Made by a program: the position numbers and the translations under genes
Notes under the pieces: model-generated
Told to the model about the DNA's origin: nothing
What the model saw: the letters and a program-made list of their open reading frames with translations, nothing else
Database searches by the model: none
Shown here: one piece after another, positions 1 to 11,550 of the stretch
Position numbering within the stretch: the first letter of the stretch is position 1
Layout: each line of letters opens with the position of its first letter
DNA from: a virus
Reading direction: 5' to 3' (one strand)
DNA length: 64,000 nt
IMG/VR virus record: IMGVR_UViG_3300045988_015843

Positions 1-2
1 AC

Positions 3-3000
3 TTCAGATAGACGTTGAACTATATGGATTAGTTGACATCTAGAGATATTAGTTCTTGGGATCCTGAATAGATTCTAGCTATTGGTAGGGACCTTATTGG
101 TCACTATGTCTCTTTGTTAACAATGCTTTATGATTCCGTGTTCGATAAACATTCTGCTATTGGTGCTTATAATGATATTATAACAGATCCAGATAGTAAA
201 CATTATGATGATTCAGCTATCAACATAAAGAATCATCTTAAGCAAACGATGTAGAGCATAACAGCTATTCAACGTAAGTATAATAAAGAAATTAGTATTC
301 CATATGCTCGTTGGTTCTTACATCGTGCTATTGACGATCTCGATAGACAAGGTAAGATTAAAGATATCGATGCTTTTAAACGTAGAGCTGATCAGTTCTT
401 AGACGGAGGTTTTGAAAATGGTGGACTTTCTGCTGGCGAAATAATGGTTGGCTTTGCTACAAAATCTAATAGTAATATTGTACGAGTTATAACTGATATT
501 ATACAAAACATAGAAGGTACTCGTGATCGTAAGACATTATCGAAAGGAATGGCCTTGATGAATTTGTATAACAAACTTAGACCAAAGGGTTCTCAAATAA
601 GTCCCGTAAACTGGTAGAAATAGTTCTTAGAGACTGATAAACAAGGCGTTCCTACTGGATATTTCATTAGAGAGATAAACTCCGGTTTGTTCTTTAAAGA
701 ACGTGACTAGGTTATAGAGGAACTTAATGATAAGTATAGTAATACTGAAAAATACGGTGGTGCAGCTATTACGTTTGATGATGGCAAACCCGTATTTCAT
801 GATGACGATACTACTGCAAACGATTCTGTATATAACCAGTATTATGACGAACTTGATGAATGGCTATCTCAGCATGCAGAGCGTAGATACACACTTGACT
901 ATTACAAGAATAGGCGTAGATACTTAAGTCAAGATACTCAACGTGCTATGAATCGTATTCAACGTTAGATTCAGCTTCTTAGAAGTATGCCAGATGCTAT
1001 AGATGAAGACGGATGGTTTGATAAATCAAAATTAAGTACACAAGATAGACGCCTATATGATGCTATTATGACTCAGAAGCGAGAACTTGGTAGTCATTAT
1101 TACTTCTCAACAGACAACGGTATACTTTCGTTAAAAGAAAAGACTGGTAATGCATTACGTATGGCTGATGAGATATCTGCTTGGAATGAGTTTCTTACTA
1201 AACATGTTAGATATTCTAAGAATATCGAATTGTATAACAAGAAACGTTCTGAAATACCTGCCAATAAACTACTTGAGTTTGATAGAGAAAATACTGTTAC
1301 GTCATTTACCCCTCAATTCTATGAGTTACTGGATGAACTTGGACACTTACAAAGCCCTGAATTAACAAGGTTACAAAAACGTCAACGTGAGATTATTAGT
1401 AAGCTTAAGAATTATCAAGAAGGTATCATACAACCAGATCTTACACAACTTGGAACTGGTATTGATTAGACTACACGTAGTATATATAAAGAGTTAAATC
1501 GTATTGAAACTCAAATAGCTTAGGAAAAAGCTAGTCTTAAAGGTACTGCGCAAAAAGGTCCTGATGCATAGCTTGCATCAAAGATAATGGCTACGTTCTT
1601 GATGAATAAGAATGTACGTAATAACAATACTAATAGTACGTTCTGGAATTATCTCATAGGTGAATGGGATGTTGTGTTAAAGGCAAATAAGGCCAATTCA
1701 TCTGCTATACGTAAGTAGTTCGAAGACTTGTTTACGATAAAGCTTCCAGGTGCATTATCTAGAAGTAAGCTTAGTTTGTTTACTATATTAGATGCTCCTT
1801 CTGGATAGCTACATGATCCTAAAACTGGTGAACCTTTATATTTTCATGGAGAACCTCTTATTTTAAAAGACGACTTGCCTAGTCAAAACTTTTCAGAATT
1901 AGATATGACATCTGACTTCGTAAACATACATTACGATGTTAAAAATAAGTATTCAACACAACCTAAAGAATCTTTATATCGTAATTAGAAGTACTTTGAT
2001 CTAATAGCTGATCCGAATAAACTTCAACTCTTAAAAGCTATGAAGAATATGATGACTGAAGCACGATCTATGATTCCAAACACATCTATATACAAGGAAG
2101 ATGAAGTTTGTTAGATGACTGGATCAACACACGATCTTATTATGCGTAATGCTAAGAGCGAGATTGGTACAATGCTTAAGTATCATATATAGAAAACGTT
2201 TACTGGTAAGTATGGTGAACAAACAGATGATGTTGAAACAAACTTTGATCTTCCAAGGCGTCCTAACGGAGAGGTTGTTCAAAATATTCCAATACGATGG
2301 GTTCAACGTTTAAAAGACTAGAGATTGTTAACAACAGATCTTATAGGATCAACTATAGCGTTCTATAATATGGCTGAGAACTATGCTCTTAAGAGTGACG
2401 TGATAGCTCCATTAGAGCTTGTTAGAAACGCATTGTTACAAGCTCCTACAGGTGAAAACCCGTTAGCTCGTACTGATAATGGAAACCAAGCTAAAAAGCT
2501 CCAATCATTGTACGATATACATATGTATGGTCATGAGACATCTACAACTAACCATATAACAAAAAGATCTGATACACAGGCTACTATTATATAGAATGCT
2601 AAGCTTGTTAGAAAGATGGCACAGAAAGCAATGCTTGGTGCAAACTTTCTAGTTCAGAATGTTGGTTATGTTGATGCAATGCTATCTGCAATGACTGATG
2701 CCATTGGAGGTAGGTATATGACAAAACGTGATTTGTTCTGGGCCATATTCAATGCTAATAAAGACATGATAAATAATGTTCGTCATTTTGGTAACCCAAA
2801 TACTAATAACAAGCTTGGTGCGTTGATGCAACTAAATCAATTATCTCGTAAGAACTCTGAAATATTTTCAGATACGCACAAAAGTAGACTCACACGTATG
2901 CGTAAAGGTTTAGGTATAATGGCTGGTTATTCTATCACTGATTATATGGTAAACAGTGTTATTCTTGAGGCTTTTTACAAAAACTATCACCTTATGGATG

Positions 3001-4202
3001 ATTTAAATGGGCGTAAGAGGTTTATGAATAGCGACGATGCTATACGTATATACGAAAAACATGGTTATTCAAGAAAAGAAGCTCTTAAAGTTTGGGAAAA
3101 CGCATCTAAAGATAATTTGTTCAACGCATATACGTAGGAAGATGGTATTGCCGTAGTCAAAGAAAAGTATAAACAGTATGTCACAGAAGATTTATAGAAT
3201 ACTGTGATGAAAAAGCTCAAAACTAGAACTGCATCATACAATGGTATGCTACCAGATATAGAAAAGGCTAAGATGGCTTAGAATATATGGGGTTCATATT
3301 TTACTATGATGCGTGGTTTCTTGATGGATACGTACTGGGCTCGTTTTAATAAGATCAATGATTACGCTGCATAGAATGAAGATGGCGGTACTAATTACGG
3401 ATATGCTGTAAAACATGATGACGGTGGTTTTGAAAACTTAGCTACTGGTGTTCTTGAAGGATCTTTGTATCAAGATGGAATGTGTGCTGTTGGCAAATAT
3501 ATATCAGGTTTAAAGAATGTTATAAAAGGCAAAGGTTTTCATACAAATCTTACAGATAATCAACGATATGCTGTACGTAAACAGGTTGCTGAAATTGCTA
3601 TAATTCTAGGATTGGCTATTGGTACAAACTTATTTACCAAGTTATTATACTCATTATTCCCAAGTTGGGATGATGATGACAAAGATCCTAACTGGACAAT
3701 CAACGTATTTGATCCAGAAGATGAAGATAGGAATTTAATTGATTTCCGTGACGATGTTGAAAGTTATAGTAAAGATTATTAGAAGTTGGTTTTATGGGAT
3801 ACTGCAGCATTATTAACAAAATTGACATTTGAGCGTACTACACCGTATTGGTATGGAACTATTATAGATATTATCAAATCTCCTACTCCTGTAACTTCGT
3901 ATATAGATCAGCTTGAGGGATTATATAATATTATACCAGACTCGTTCAACGGTAAGCTTCGTGACCCAATAACCACTGGTGGATATAGAGGTATGACTCG
4001 TGGTACTAAAGACATTTGTAATGTACTATCTGCAACAGGTCTTAATAATATTGTAAAAGCATGGCATGTTGCCGGACGTAAATCATCATTCAACTTCTAT
4101 TCTCAACAAGGTCTTAATAGATTCTTTGTACAAAGCCAAAGTGATTACGAAGATCAACTGCAAGATGATTTATACGGCCCTTCTGATGAATATTACGAAT
4201 AA
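3..4202 (+). CDS. C-terminal ~1400 codons of a giant virion-associated protein (5' end outside window); translated with TAG as sense
   Basis: Frame 3 is open from nt 3 to TAA 4200-4202 apart from 23 in-frame TAG codons, with no TAA/TGA. ORF-track pieces 987-1469, 2325-2594, 2616-3137, 3465-3782 and 3786-4202 all lie in this frame. Function is inferred only from size and position at the end of the structural strand. Confidence 0.8.
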
Positions 4203-4271
4203 TATACATACATAAATATAATAACTCGACGAACCTATCTTCCGTGTTATTATATTAACACCCCAAAACGC

Positions 4272-4325
4272 AAGAGGCGCATGTTACCTGGTGTTATCCA
4301 AGTAGCATACGCCTCTTTTATTTTT
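4272..4325 (+). terminator. Hairpin plus T-run between convergent genes
   Basis: AAGAGGCG (4272-4279) pairs with CGCCTCTT (4310-4317) and is followed by TTTTATTTTT. It sits between the stop of the giant ORF and the stop of 4318-4782(-). Confidence 0.45.
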
Positions 4326-4782
4326 CCTGTATCTCTCTTGCGAAATCATTTCCATCAGAAACATTTGTTTCTAACGGAATTGATTCGCCATCATCGTTCA
4401 AATACTCATGATTCATCACACGACTCACAAGTTTTGTATCACGACCGTAATAGAAACTTACGATTTTTGCACCATTAGAACCATCAGCATATGGCATACG
4501 CAATAAGTTCTTTTGGTTCTTATTCAACGATATTGTATATACGATATACGTATTACCATCATTGTTTCTTAACGTTTGATCAAACACCCACTTAAGATTG
4601 TCAAGCTTCTTACGAAGCGCATCTGAAATAGTTGTCACATCGTACATTAAGAATAAATGATTATCTAGATAAGGACGGTCCGCGTCATTCAACGCAGCAT
4701 CCTTAAATCCAGATTCATCACTTATATCTTCGTAAAGCAATCCATCCGTAAGAGCAATACAGGCTTTCGTTAATTGACTCAT
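4318..4782 (-). CDS. hypothetical protein
   Basis: 154-aa ORF with a 4-nt ATGA-type overlap with the upstream gene; TAA stop. Confidence 0.7.
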   Translation of the reverse strand: MSQLTKACIALTDGLLYEDISDESGFKDAALNDADRPYLDNHLFLMYDVTTISDALRKKLDNLKWVFDQTLRNNDGNTYIVYTISLNKNQKNLLRMPYADGSNGAKIVSFYYGRDTKLVSRVMNHEYLNDDGESIPLETNVSDGNDFAREIQEK

Positions 4783-5759
4783 AGGTTCAGTTTTTCAGCA
4801 CCATCAGACTCATAGTAAGATCTATAATAATCCCACTGATTTGTCTCTTGATGCCATTTGATTTCTTGAAGAGCATTAATTATAGTATTTTCTCTACTAC
4901 AGACCTGATCAGATGTGAATTCAAACACTCTCACCTGATTAGACCAATCGTTGGAAATTCCTACAATATACCACTTGAAAGCCCAGTCACAAGGATCATC
5001 ATTTAATTCATTCTCAATATACCAGTTAAGAGCCATCGTATAGAAACATAATTGTCTCAAATAGTCAAACTCTTTCATGCTATCTTCAAATGAGTATAGA
5101 TGTGATGTTGTTTTAATGTCCATCAATGTTATTGTTTTATGATCGATGTCAAATTTGACACAATCTAACAGTGATTTACATGCAACACCATATGCACACC
5201 AGTTGATGTGAAACTCATGATATGTTTTTACATCCGAATTAGTTACATTCTCAAGAAGCTCTTTTGCTTTCTTGTGTTTGTTACATATTTCAGACAGTTC
5301 CATGAGCTTATTCATCGTATATGGGCTTATCTTAATACGCTTATCGTTCTCCTTAATGCTTTGGATATACAAATTAAGCGTAGAGGCCTTTTTTAGGCCT
5401 TCTGAGAGCATTTTACTCTCACTCTGGCCAGTTGTCCTGTATGCGGCTTTATATGCGCTTAGAACGGCTTTATCAGGCTCTATTTCAGTGGTTGTAGCTA
5501 GCTCTTCGCAGAACTTTGTTTCTTGTGAGGATTTTGGTTGCGGAGCATCCCATACAACGTAGTCTTTTTGGAACTCTTCAGGTTGAAGAAGGTATTCGTG
5601 TATCATTGTACCCTTAGCTAATTGTGGTAAGCTTAAACCTTCTTCTTTCCCATCAAGCATATTACGCAAATAGGCTGGCCCTTTCTTTAGGAACCAGCCT
5701 ATGTTGCTATTGCTTATTCGAGTCATATCCTCATAATACGGGATCTTAGTCTTTTCCAT
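4779..5759 (-). CDS. PD-(D/E)XK family (RecB/Cas4-like) exonuclease
   Basis: 326-aa ORF. The motif ITLMDIKTT (D-x-K) preceded by acidic residues is typical of PD-(D/E)XK phage exonucleases. Lies in the replication/recombination neighbourhood. Confidence 0.6.
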   Translation of the reverse strand: MEKTKIPYYEDMTRISNSNIGWFLKKGPAYLRNMLDGKEEGLSLPQLAKGTMIHEYLLQPEEFQKDYVVWDAPQPKSSQETKFCEELATTTEIEPDKAVLSAYKAAYRTTGQSESKMLSEGLKKASTLNLYIQSIKENDKRIKISPYTMNKLMELSEICNKHKKAKELLENVTNSDVKTYHEFHINWCAYGVACKSLLDCVKFDIDHKTITLMDIKTTSHLYSFEDSMKEFDYLRQLCFYTMALNWYIENELNDDPCDWAFKWYIVGISNDWSNQVRVFEFTSDQVCSRENTIINALQEIKWHQETNQWDYYRSYYESDGAEKLNL

Positions 5760-5869
5760 TGGATCGATGTCTCAAACCCTTATGCCTACGTATTATTTCT
5801 AACGCAAGCTTAGGATCATGGTTTTTAAATGCAATCTCGAATTGCTTTTTCAGTTCGTATGACTCTTTA

Positions 5870-6625
5870 TTACTCATTTTTGAGTGCTATGTTCATGAAT
5901 CTGAGAATATCTTCTTTCGAATCATTGGAATGATTTAACTCATCCAAGAAAGACATTATATTGTCGTAAGACAACACTTTGAACTTGCTGAATATAAAAT
6001 TAGCTAATTCTTTATCCTCTTTTCCGCAAACATTAGTGACCAGCTTGTTGACTATGTCTTCATCAACACCATAGAATTCTCGTTGATAACGTATACGAGA
6101 ACAGCGGTCAAACAAATAATCAGACAAACCTTTCTTATCATTACAAGTCATAAGCACTAATCGCTTACAACCGTCTTGGACTCCATCCAAAAGAGTTAGT
6201 ACCTCAGAAGAATCCCACTCCTTCTCAAACTCATCAAATATTATACAAACAGCTTGATGAATCTTTGCACAAAACTCTTTCAAACGATTTATCCTGATAC
6301 AGGGATTTCCAATCAGCACAGGCATTCCTGACTTCTTAGCTATATGTTTAGCCATAGCAGTCTTGCCTGAACCCTTTAGACCACACAGTAGTACACCAGT
6401 AGTCTTCTCACTTCGAGATGCATGGTTTAGGACACAATTAATAAACTTCTTGTCATCTTGTGTAAAATATAGCGCTTGATCCTTAATAGGATCTCGTTCT
6501 ACAAGATATATTTCACCACTATATGGATCATATTGCATCTCATACACATGATCACAATTAAGCTCATAATCAATACCCTGAGGTGACGGAATAATTTTGT
6601 CACCCATTTTAGCAAATTCTTTCAT
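5870..6625 (-). CDS. AAA-type ATPase
   Basis: Walker A GLKGSGKT and Walker B CIIFDEFE read in the 251-aa ORF. Confidence 0.7.
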   Translation of the reverse strand: MKEFAKMGDKIIPSPQGIDYELNCDHVYEMQYDPYSGEIYLVERDPIKDQALYFTQDDKKFINCVLNHASRSEKTTGVLLCGLKGSGKTAMAKHIAKKSGMPVLIGNPCIRINRLKEFCAKIHQAVCIIFDEFEKEWDSSEVLTLLDGVQDGCKRLVLMTCNDKKGLSDYLFDRCSRIRYQREFYGVDEDIVNKLVTNVCGKEDKELANFIFSKFKVLSYDNIMSFLDELNHSNDSKEDILRFMNIALKNE

Positions 6626-7019
6626 TGTTTCTGGATTTAATCTCTTGAATCATTGAATCTACCTCTTTGTGATTATGTACGATGTACGCCTTTCGTTCTA
6701 AGCCTTTCAGCTTAAAGTTGTATAAAAACATCTTCCAACGAAGGGGGAAGTCTCGTTGCACCCTCCCTTTACATTCGCACACAAACCCATCTCCAATAAA
6801 GTCTGGAGTATACTTTATGTTGCGATAGCGTTTCCCGAGGTATTCGAACTTAGGTTGTAGTTCAAAATGTTGAGGCTCATATTGTACTGGAATATTATGT
6901 TTTTTGAATTCGTTCCAAGTATAAGCCTCTAATGGACTTTTAAATTCATAGCCATCTTGAATTACATGTTTTAACCTAGTTCCTTTAGGAATCGCTTTGT
7001 TAGCCTTAACTTTCGACAT
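6609..7019 (-). CDS. DUF1064-like endonuclease (PD-(D/E)XK fold, resolvase-like)
   Basis: ELQPKFEY...YTPDFIGDGFVCECKG...KMFLY matches the YTxDF...E-x-KG pattern of DUF1064 phage proteins. Confidence 0.6.
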   Translation of the reverse strand: MSKVKANKAIPKGTRLKHVIQDGYEFKSPLEAYTWNEFKKHNIPVQYEPQHFELQPKFEYLGKRYRNIKYTPDFIGDGFVCECKGRVQRDFPLRWKMFLYNFKLKGLERKAYIVHNHKEVDSMIQEIKSRNNERIC

Positions 7020-8007
7020 TTTGTATCATAGTATCTTTATATCTACTTAACGTTTTGGTTAACCATTGTTTTACTTTATCAAAGCCGTTGTCTCTAACGG
7101 CATCTGATATATCTTTGGCTTTAAAGCTCTTATGGATGAAAAATGCATCATATCCATACTTCTTACTTAACTTACGAGCATTTGACATTCCTGTCGCATC
7201 TCGATCGTACAGTATTAGTATTTTAGACCACTTGGTACTCAAAGTAGCCAATATATCTTCAGGTATGAATGTTGTCTCACTTGCTGCAGCAATAGCATTA
7301 AATCCCATCTCATGTAGTACCATCACATCTTTAAGAGACTTTGTGATAATGAGAATACTCCCACCCTCCTTGGGCAATTCAGATAATCCCTGTACGTCCT
7401 CATTTGTCAGATTAGAACGCCATTTAGTATACTTAGAGGCTAAAGGTCGGTATATTTTAAATTTGTTACCAACCTTATACGCATACATAGGATTACACTC
7501 TTTGTAGATTCCACGAACGATTCTATTACAAAGAAAATATTTAATGCTAAACACTTGATACAAGTTTAACGTAGACATAGATATTGAAAACTGTTTCCAG
7601 TAATCTCGATCTACGCTAGTAAACGGTTGTCGAACTATTCCGAAATCCATATCATGGTACGTAGAGTAATCGTATGTGGAGATATGATAGGATTGAGAAG
7701 GATTAACCCTTCTTATTATACGAAGTAGTTCTTTTTCAAGCTCTGGTCTCGTGTTGATGTTTCGATATCGCTTGATAAAATCAATGGCGTTACCTCCATC
7801 ACCAGTGCCGTGATCTTTATACAACAACCCTCCAGTTCTGCTTCTAAATACAGCAAACGATGGGTTCTTGTCATCAGATCGAAGTGGACTATTCATTAGC
7901 TTGTTGATCTTAAAATCACCAAGATAATACGAGAAAATAGCATAATCATCCAACTTATCCAATAAGTCTTTTAAACTCATTGTTTTAGCTGTTCTTGTGC
8001 TATACAT
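7006..8007 (-). CDS. DNA primase (Toprim domain)
   Basis: The C-terminal half has a Toprim-like signature: ILIITKSLKDVMVLHE ... ILILYDRDATG. The start is placed at ATG 8007 (alternative 7980), because the longer track ORF runs into a tRNA-like element. Confidence 0.65.
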   Translation of the reverse strand: MYSTRTAKTMSLKDLLDKLDDYAIFSYYLGDFKINKLMNSPLRSDDKNPSFAVFRSRTGGLLYKDHGTGDGGNAIDFIKRYRNINTRPELEKELLRIIRRVNPSQSYHISTYDYSTYHDMDFGIVRQPFTSVDRDYWKQFSISMSTLNLYQVFSIKYFLCNRIVRGIYKECNPMYAYKVGNKFKIYRPLASKYTKWRSNLTNEDVQGLSELPKEGGSILIITKSLKDVMVLHEMGFNAIAAASETTFIPEDILATLSTKWSKILILYDRDATGMSNARKLSKKYGYDAFFIHKSFKAKDISDAVRDNGFDKVKQWLTKTLSRYKDTMIQNVES

Positions 8008-8030
8008 TTGACTTATAAGTTCTATGTTAG

Positions 8031-8097
8031 TCTCGTGGAGAGGAATCGAACCTCTCTTCCTTATTAAACACACAAACTAAGGAAAACCGTTCACGAG
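8031..8097 (-). ncRNA. D-arm-less tRNA-like element (acceptor + one hairpin + canonical T arm)
   Basis: Minus-strand read: CTCGTGA ACGGTTTT CCTTA-(14 nt)-TAAGG AAG AGAGG TTCGATT CCTCT CCACGAG A. Acceptor pairs 6/7 and the T arm is perfect, but there is no D arm and no 7-nt anticodon loop. Confidence 0.4.
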
Positions 8098-8164
8098 TTG
8101 TCGGATTGTTTAAAGCACAATCCGGTAAGCTTAGGGTTTAGGATTCATTCCACCACTGACCATT

Positions 8165-8764
8165 TTAGAATGGAAGGTCGTCAGCACCTTTCCCAGTATC
8201 CGGAGTACTCTTACCAGTAAGCGGGTCGTTAGAAGTCTCCTTGTCGGCAACAATTGTACGTTCAAAATTATCACGACTAAACTTCTTTATCTGGGAATCT
8301 TTCTTGTCCACAGTCATCGGCTCTACAAAGATACCGTTCTTTGAGACTGTTACATAATTGTTCTTATCGAACACGGCCTTGAGACGAAGCGCCTTTTGCG
8401 TAGCGATCATGGGATCAAGTTTGTTCTTAACCCAAGTGATCATCTCCTTGAATGAGTTAAGCTCAACATCCTCGATTGTCGGATAGAAACAATTGATGAT
8501 CTGAATCAAACGACCAAACTGGCGATCATCAGCACGCTGAAGATCCTCATCGGTCTTTGTATACAAACCCTTTTTGTTCTGCCACTCACTCATACTAACT
8601 GTCTGACCATCTTTGTTCTCAAAGACAATCTCCAGGAAGTCTAGACCAGTAGGAGATACATTTACGTTAACCTCCTTCAAATGCACATTCTCATTGATAC
8701 CGGCAGGCATGTAGTTGCCGTTACTCTCTGTATTTGTAATAACTGCGTTCTTCGTATTAAACAT
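8165..8764 (-). CDS. ssb: single-stranded DNA-binding protein
   Basis: 199-aa ORF ending in the acidic SSB-type tip ...GADDLPF. Sits between the primase and the recombination ATPase. Confidence 0.7.
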   Translation of the reverse strand: MFNTKNAVITNTESNGNYMPAGINENVHLKEVNVNVSPTGLDFLEIVFENKDGQTVSMSEWQNKKGLYTKTDEDLQRADDRQFGRLIQIINCFYPTIEDVELNSFKEMITWVKNKLDPMIATQKALRLKAVFDKNNYVTVSKNGIFVEPMTVDKKDSQIKKFSRDNFERTIVADKETSNDPLTGKSTPDTGKGADDLPF

Positions 8765-8785
8765 AATTTCTTGACTTTATAGTTC

Positions 8786-9526
8786 TTAATCGTTCTTGTA
8801 CACTTTATCCCAATACGTGGTTATCGTACTATCATCATTACCTGTTGCAATAATAATGTCTTTTCCACGCAAATGGGGAGCTCGTGCTTCCTTTGTTGTA
8901 CCATCTCCTCCAACAAAACTGACATGTGTTTCGTTACCTTTACGATATACGAGTCCAACAGCATCAGATTCGCCACAGATGATGGTTCCAAGTTTTCCCA
9001 CTAAATCGAGGGCCATCTGGCTAAGTTCTTCACCATTCTGTTCAATCTGTATGTCTTTTACATGACCTACTAGAATGAACTCATCACACAATTCACGGAA
9101 CATATCAATAACTTTGCGGACGGCTTGGCGAATATATAAATACCCGGATCCGTTCGGAAGAGTTTTGACGTCTGTTCCTTCCCACTTCTTACCAAGTGGA
9201 GTTTTCTTGTATAATGTAGCGGCGTAACCTAGGCAGATTTCTTCTAAACGAGTGGCATTATCAATAGTGATATGCCTGTAGAAATTATGCCCCACTTCAG
9301 TGTTCTTAGCTCTAATGGCTTGAGCAATCTCTCCAAGATCACTAACGCTTCTGGCCTGTACAGCCATCGCATCAATGAACGTACTTCCTCCCTCCAGATC
9401 GATTATTAGATTGTCATCTAATTGGGCAAGAGCGGACGTTTTTCCGCATTTGGGGCGCCCATAAAGAATCAAAAATTTGGGATTCGTGGATGTTGCCGGA
9501 ACCTTACTTGTAGGTAGTGTTATCAT
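8786..9526 (-). CDS. RecA-fold ATPase (AAA_24 / Sak4-like)
   Basis: N-terminal Walker A LILYGRPKCGKTS and Walker B-like FILVGH. Size and context are typical of phage Sak4-like proteins. Confidence 0.55.
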   Translation of the reverse strand: MITLPTSKVPATSTNPKFLILYGRPKCGKTSALAQLDDNLIIDLEGGSTFIDAMAVQARSVSDLGEIAQAIRAKNTEVGHNFYRHITIDNATRLEEICLGYAATLYKKTPLGKKWEGTDVKTLPNGSGYLYIRQAVRKVIDMFRELCDEFILVGHVKDIQIEQNGEELSQMALDLVGKLGTIICGESDAVGLVYRKGNETHVSFVGGDGTTKEARAPHLRGKDIIIATGNDDSTITTYWDKVYKND

Positions 9527-9550
9527 GCTTCTTGAGTCTATTTTTATATA

Positions 9551-9997
9551 TTAGAACTTGAAATTGATCACGAAATCAATTATCAACTTCTGTGTTGACG
9601 GCTTCAGCAACTTGAGAATGGCTGCAGAATCATCGAGACTCAAAAGAGTATCGTTGATCTGAACCTCATCGTCACCGAAGATACGAATAATCGTACCGTC
9701 AGAAAGCTTAATCTTCGTATAATCACCGCAATAGTTGTTGGGGTGATAGTCGTTTGCAAGATAGTTGATTGCCTCCAACAAGCCAATCTCCTTGGTCGGC
9801 TTCGTTGTCTTCGCAGGCTTATTGTTGAACACAAAACTAAACAAACTCTTCTTCTTGGGCTTCTGCTGCTGCATAGAAGAGTTCTTTGCAATCACAGAAG
9901 ACAAAATAAGAGAAGTGAGATCCTCAGAATAGTTGTCATACGTATTGTAATTGTTATTGGTGTTAGTCTTGTCAACGATAAAAGTATTCTTAATCAT
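9551..9997 (-). CDS. hypothetical protein
   Basis: 148-aa ORF, same strand, tightly packed. Confidence 0.6.
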   Translation of the reverse strand: MIKNTFIVDKTNTNNNYNTYDNYSEDLTSLILSSVIAKNSSMQQQKPKKKSLFSFVFNNKPAKTTKPTKEIGLLEAINYLANDYHPNNYCGDYTKIKLSDGTIIRIFGDDEVQINDTLLSLDDSAAILKLLKPSTQKLIIDFVINFKF

Positions 9998-10039
9998 AAT
10001 ATTCAGCCTATAAAATGTGTTAAACGTCTTCTCAGATGC

Positions 10040-10969
10040 TTAGCACTCAATCAGATTGTTGAACTTAAGATCGTTCTCGAATTCGATGATGCACGGCTTA
10101 CCTGCATCTCTGTTTTTTAAGATATGCATGTAAACCTTATTCTCTGTTGGTAACTTCATGGGTCCGTACTCCCTTATTCCCAACAATTCCGGTCGATGCA
10201 TTGCCAAAACATAATCACTGCCTTGGAATACAGCATCTGATGATGATAAATCACTTCTCATCGGGAAATGTCCCGATGGGTTGTTAATCCTTTCTGGCTG
10301 TTCTATGTTTCTATTCATTTGCGTAAGAAGTATAACACTCGTAAGAGGTAGCTTCTTAGCTTGTATGAAGACTTGAAGCAGGTTGCTTATTGTCTCCAAT
10401 ACTGAACCATCACGCGTTGTTAGAAGTGCGTGATCGTACATTATAATGAAATGTTTTCCAGTACCTTTTACATACTTTTCATAGAATGCCATAATTGTAT
10501 TCTTAACTTGCGTAGAAGTACCAGGATTGTCTACAAAGTAGATTGGATACTTCTTTAGCTTGGAAGCTACTGATACGACACTAGCGAAGGTTTTGTCGTC
10601 CAGGTCCTTTTCAGAACTATACAGGTCAGAAGTCGTTCTCTTAAGCTTGTTTGAGAGCGTCCTTCCGACCTGCCTAAAGCCAACCATTTCTAACGAAAAA
10701 TTAAGAATCACAATGTCTTCACTCGGATTAAGATCAATAATGTCCGTTGCGATAAGATTTGCAAGAGAGCTCTTACCTGTTCCTGAAATTCCAGTAAACG
10801 TATAAACAGTGTTTGGCTCTATACCTCCCATGCACTGAGAGTTGAGCTTATCCCATCTTGTTCTTAGAGACACAACACTGTGTTCCTTCCTACCACGTAT
10901 ATAGTCAATAGCTTCTTGAGCTACTATAGACATTGGTCGTATCTTAAGATTAGATGAGTTCTGTTCCAT
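10040..10969 (-). CDS. DnaB-like replicative helicase (RecA-like C-terminal domain)
   Basis: Walker A TGISGTGKSS, Walker B IIMYDHALL, and the LTQMNR motif typical of DnaB-family helicases. Confidence 0.75.
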   Translation of the reverse strand: MEQNSSNLKIRPMSIVAQEAIDYIRGRKEHSVVSLRTRWDKLNSQCMGGIEPNTVYTFTGISGTGKSSLANLIATDIIDLNPSEDIVILNFSLEMVGFRQVGRTLSNKLKRTTSDLYSSEKDLDDKTFASVVSVASKLKKYPIYFVDNPGTSTQVKNTIMAFYEKYVKGTGKHFIIMYDHALLTTRDGSVLETISNLLQVFIQAKKLPLTSVILLTQMNRNIEQPERINNPSGHFPMRSDLSSSDAVFQGSDYVLAMHRPELLGIREYGPMKLPTENKVYMHILKNRDAGKPCIIEFENDLKFNNLIEC

Positions 10970-11519
10970 AACTTTGTTGTTTTGTTTCGTTCACTTGGTC
11001 TTGCATTTCTTCCTCAGATTCTTCCCACTGATGGTCAACTAACCATCGCCACATTGTCTTCATATACATCAACTTTCCTGTTCTACTCTTTTTATCGAGT
11101 TCAAACTTAAGACAGTCAATGAGATGTTGGGCCATTGCTGAGCTTTTTCCAACATTTGAATTAAACATGCGTCTACATTTGTTTACATTTGCTCTAAGAT
11201 AGGTTTTTACACCATCTGGTCGCATAATATAGACGGGGTACATATCGTAAAACTGATCAAACCAATCCTTTTCAGGTTTTAAATGGTTTTTAAGCTGATC
11301 AGTTGCTTGATACGTAATTGAATTACCTTTCTCTATCGAGGTTATAAGTCCCTGAGAAACTAAGTATGATATTTCATCGTCCGTAATTAGGCTGACAATT
11401 TTTTGGACGTCTTGATTATTTTTGTGATTGTCGTCTAATACCATACTTAGGAACACCAACTGGTTCATATTGAGTTGTTGCGGTAAATCCGCAAGTTTTG
11501 TATCTAATTCAATAATCAT
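10950..11519 (-). CDS. hypothetical protein (replication module)
   Basis: 189-aa ORF overlapping the helicase start by 20 nt. Confidence 0.6.
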   Translation of the reverse strand: MIIELDTKLADLPQQLNMNQLVFLSMVLDDNHKNNQDVQKIVSLITDDEISYLVSQGLITSIEKGNSITYQATDQLKNHLKPEKDWFDQFYDMYPVYIMRPDGVKTYLRANVNKCRRMFNSNVGKSSAMAQHLIDCLKFELDKKSRTGKLMYMKTMWRWLVDHQWEESEEEMQDQVNETKQQSYGTELI

Positions 11520-11550
11520 CTCTTATACTCAAAGGTTAACAAGTTGGTTA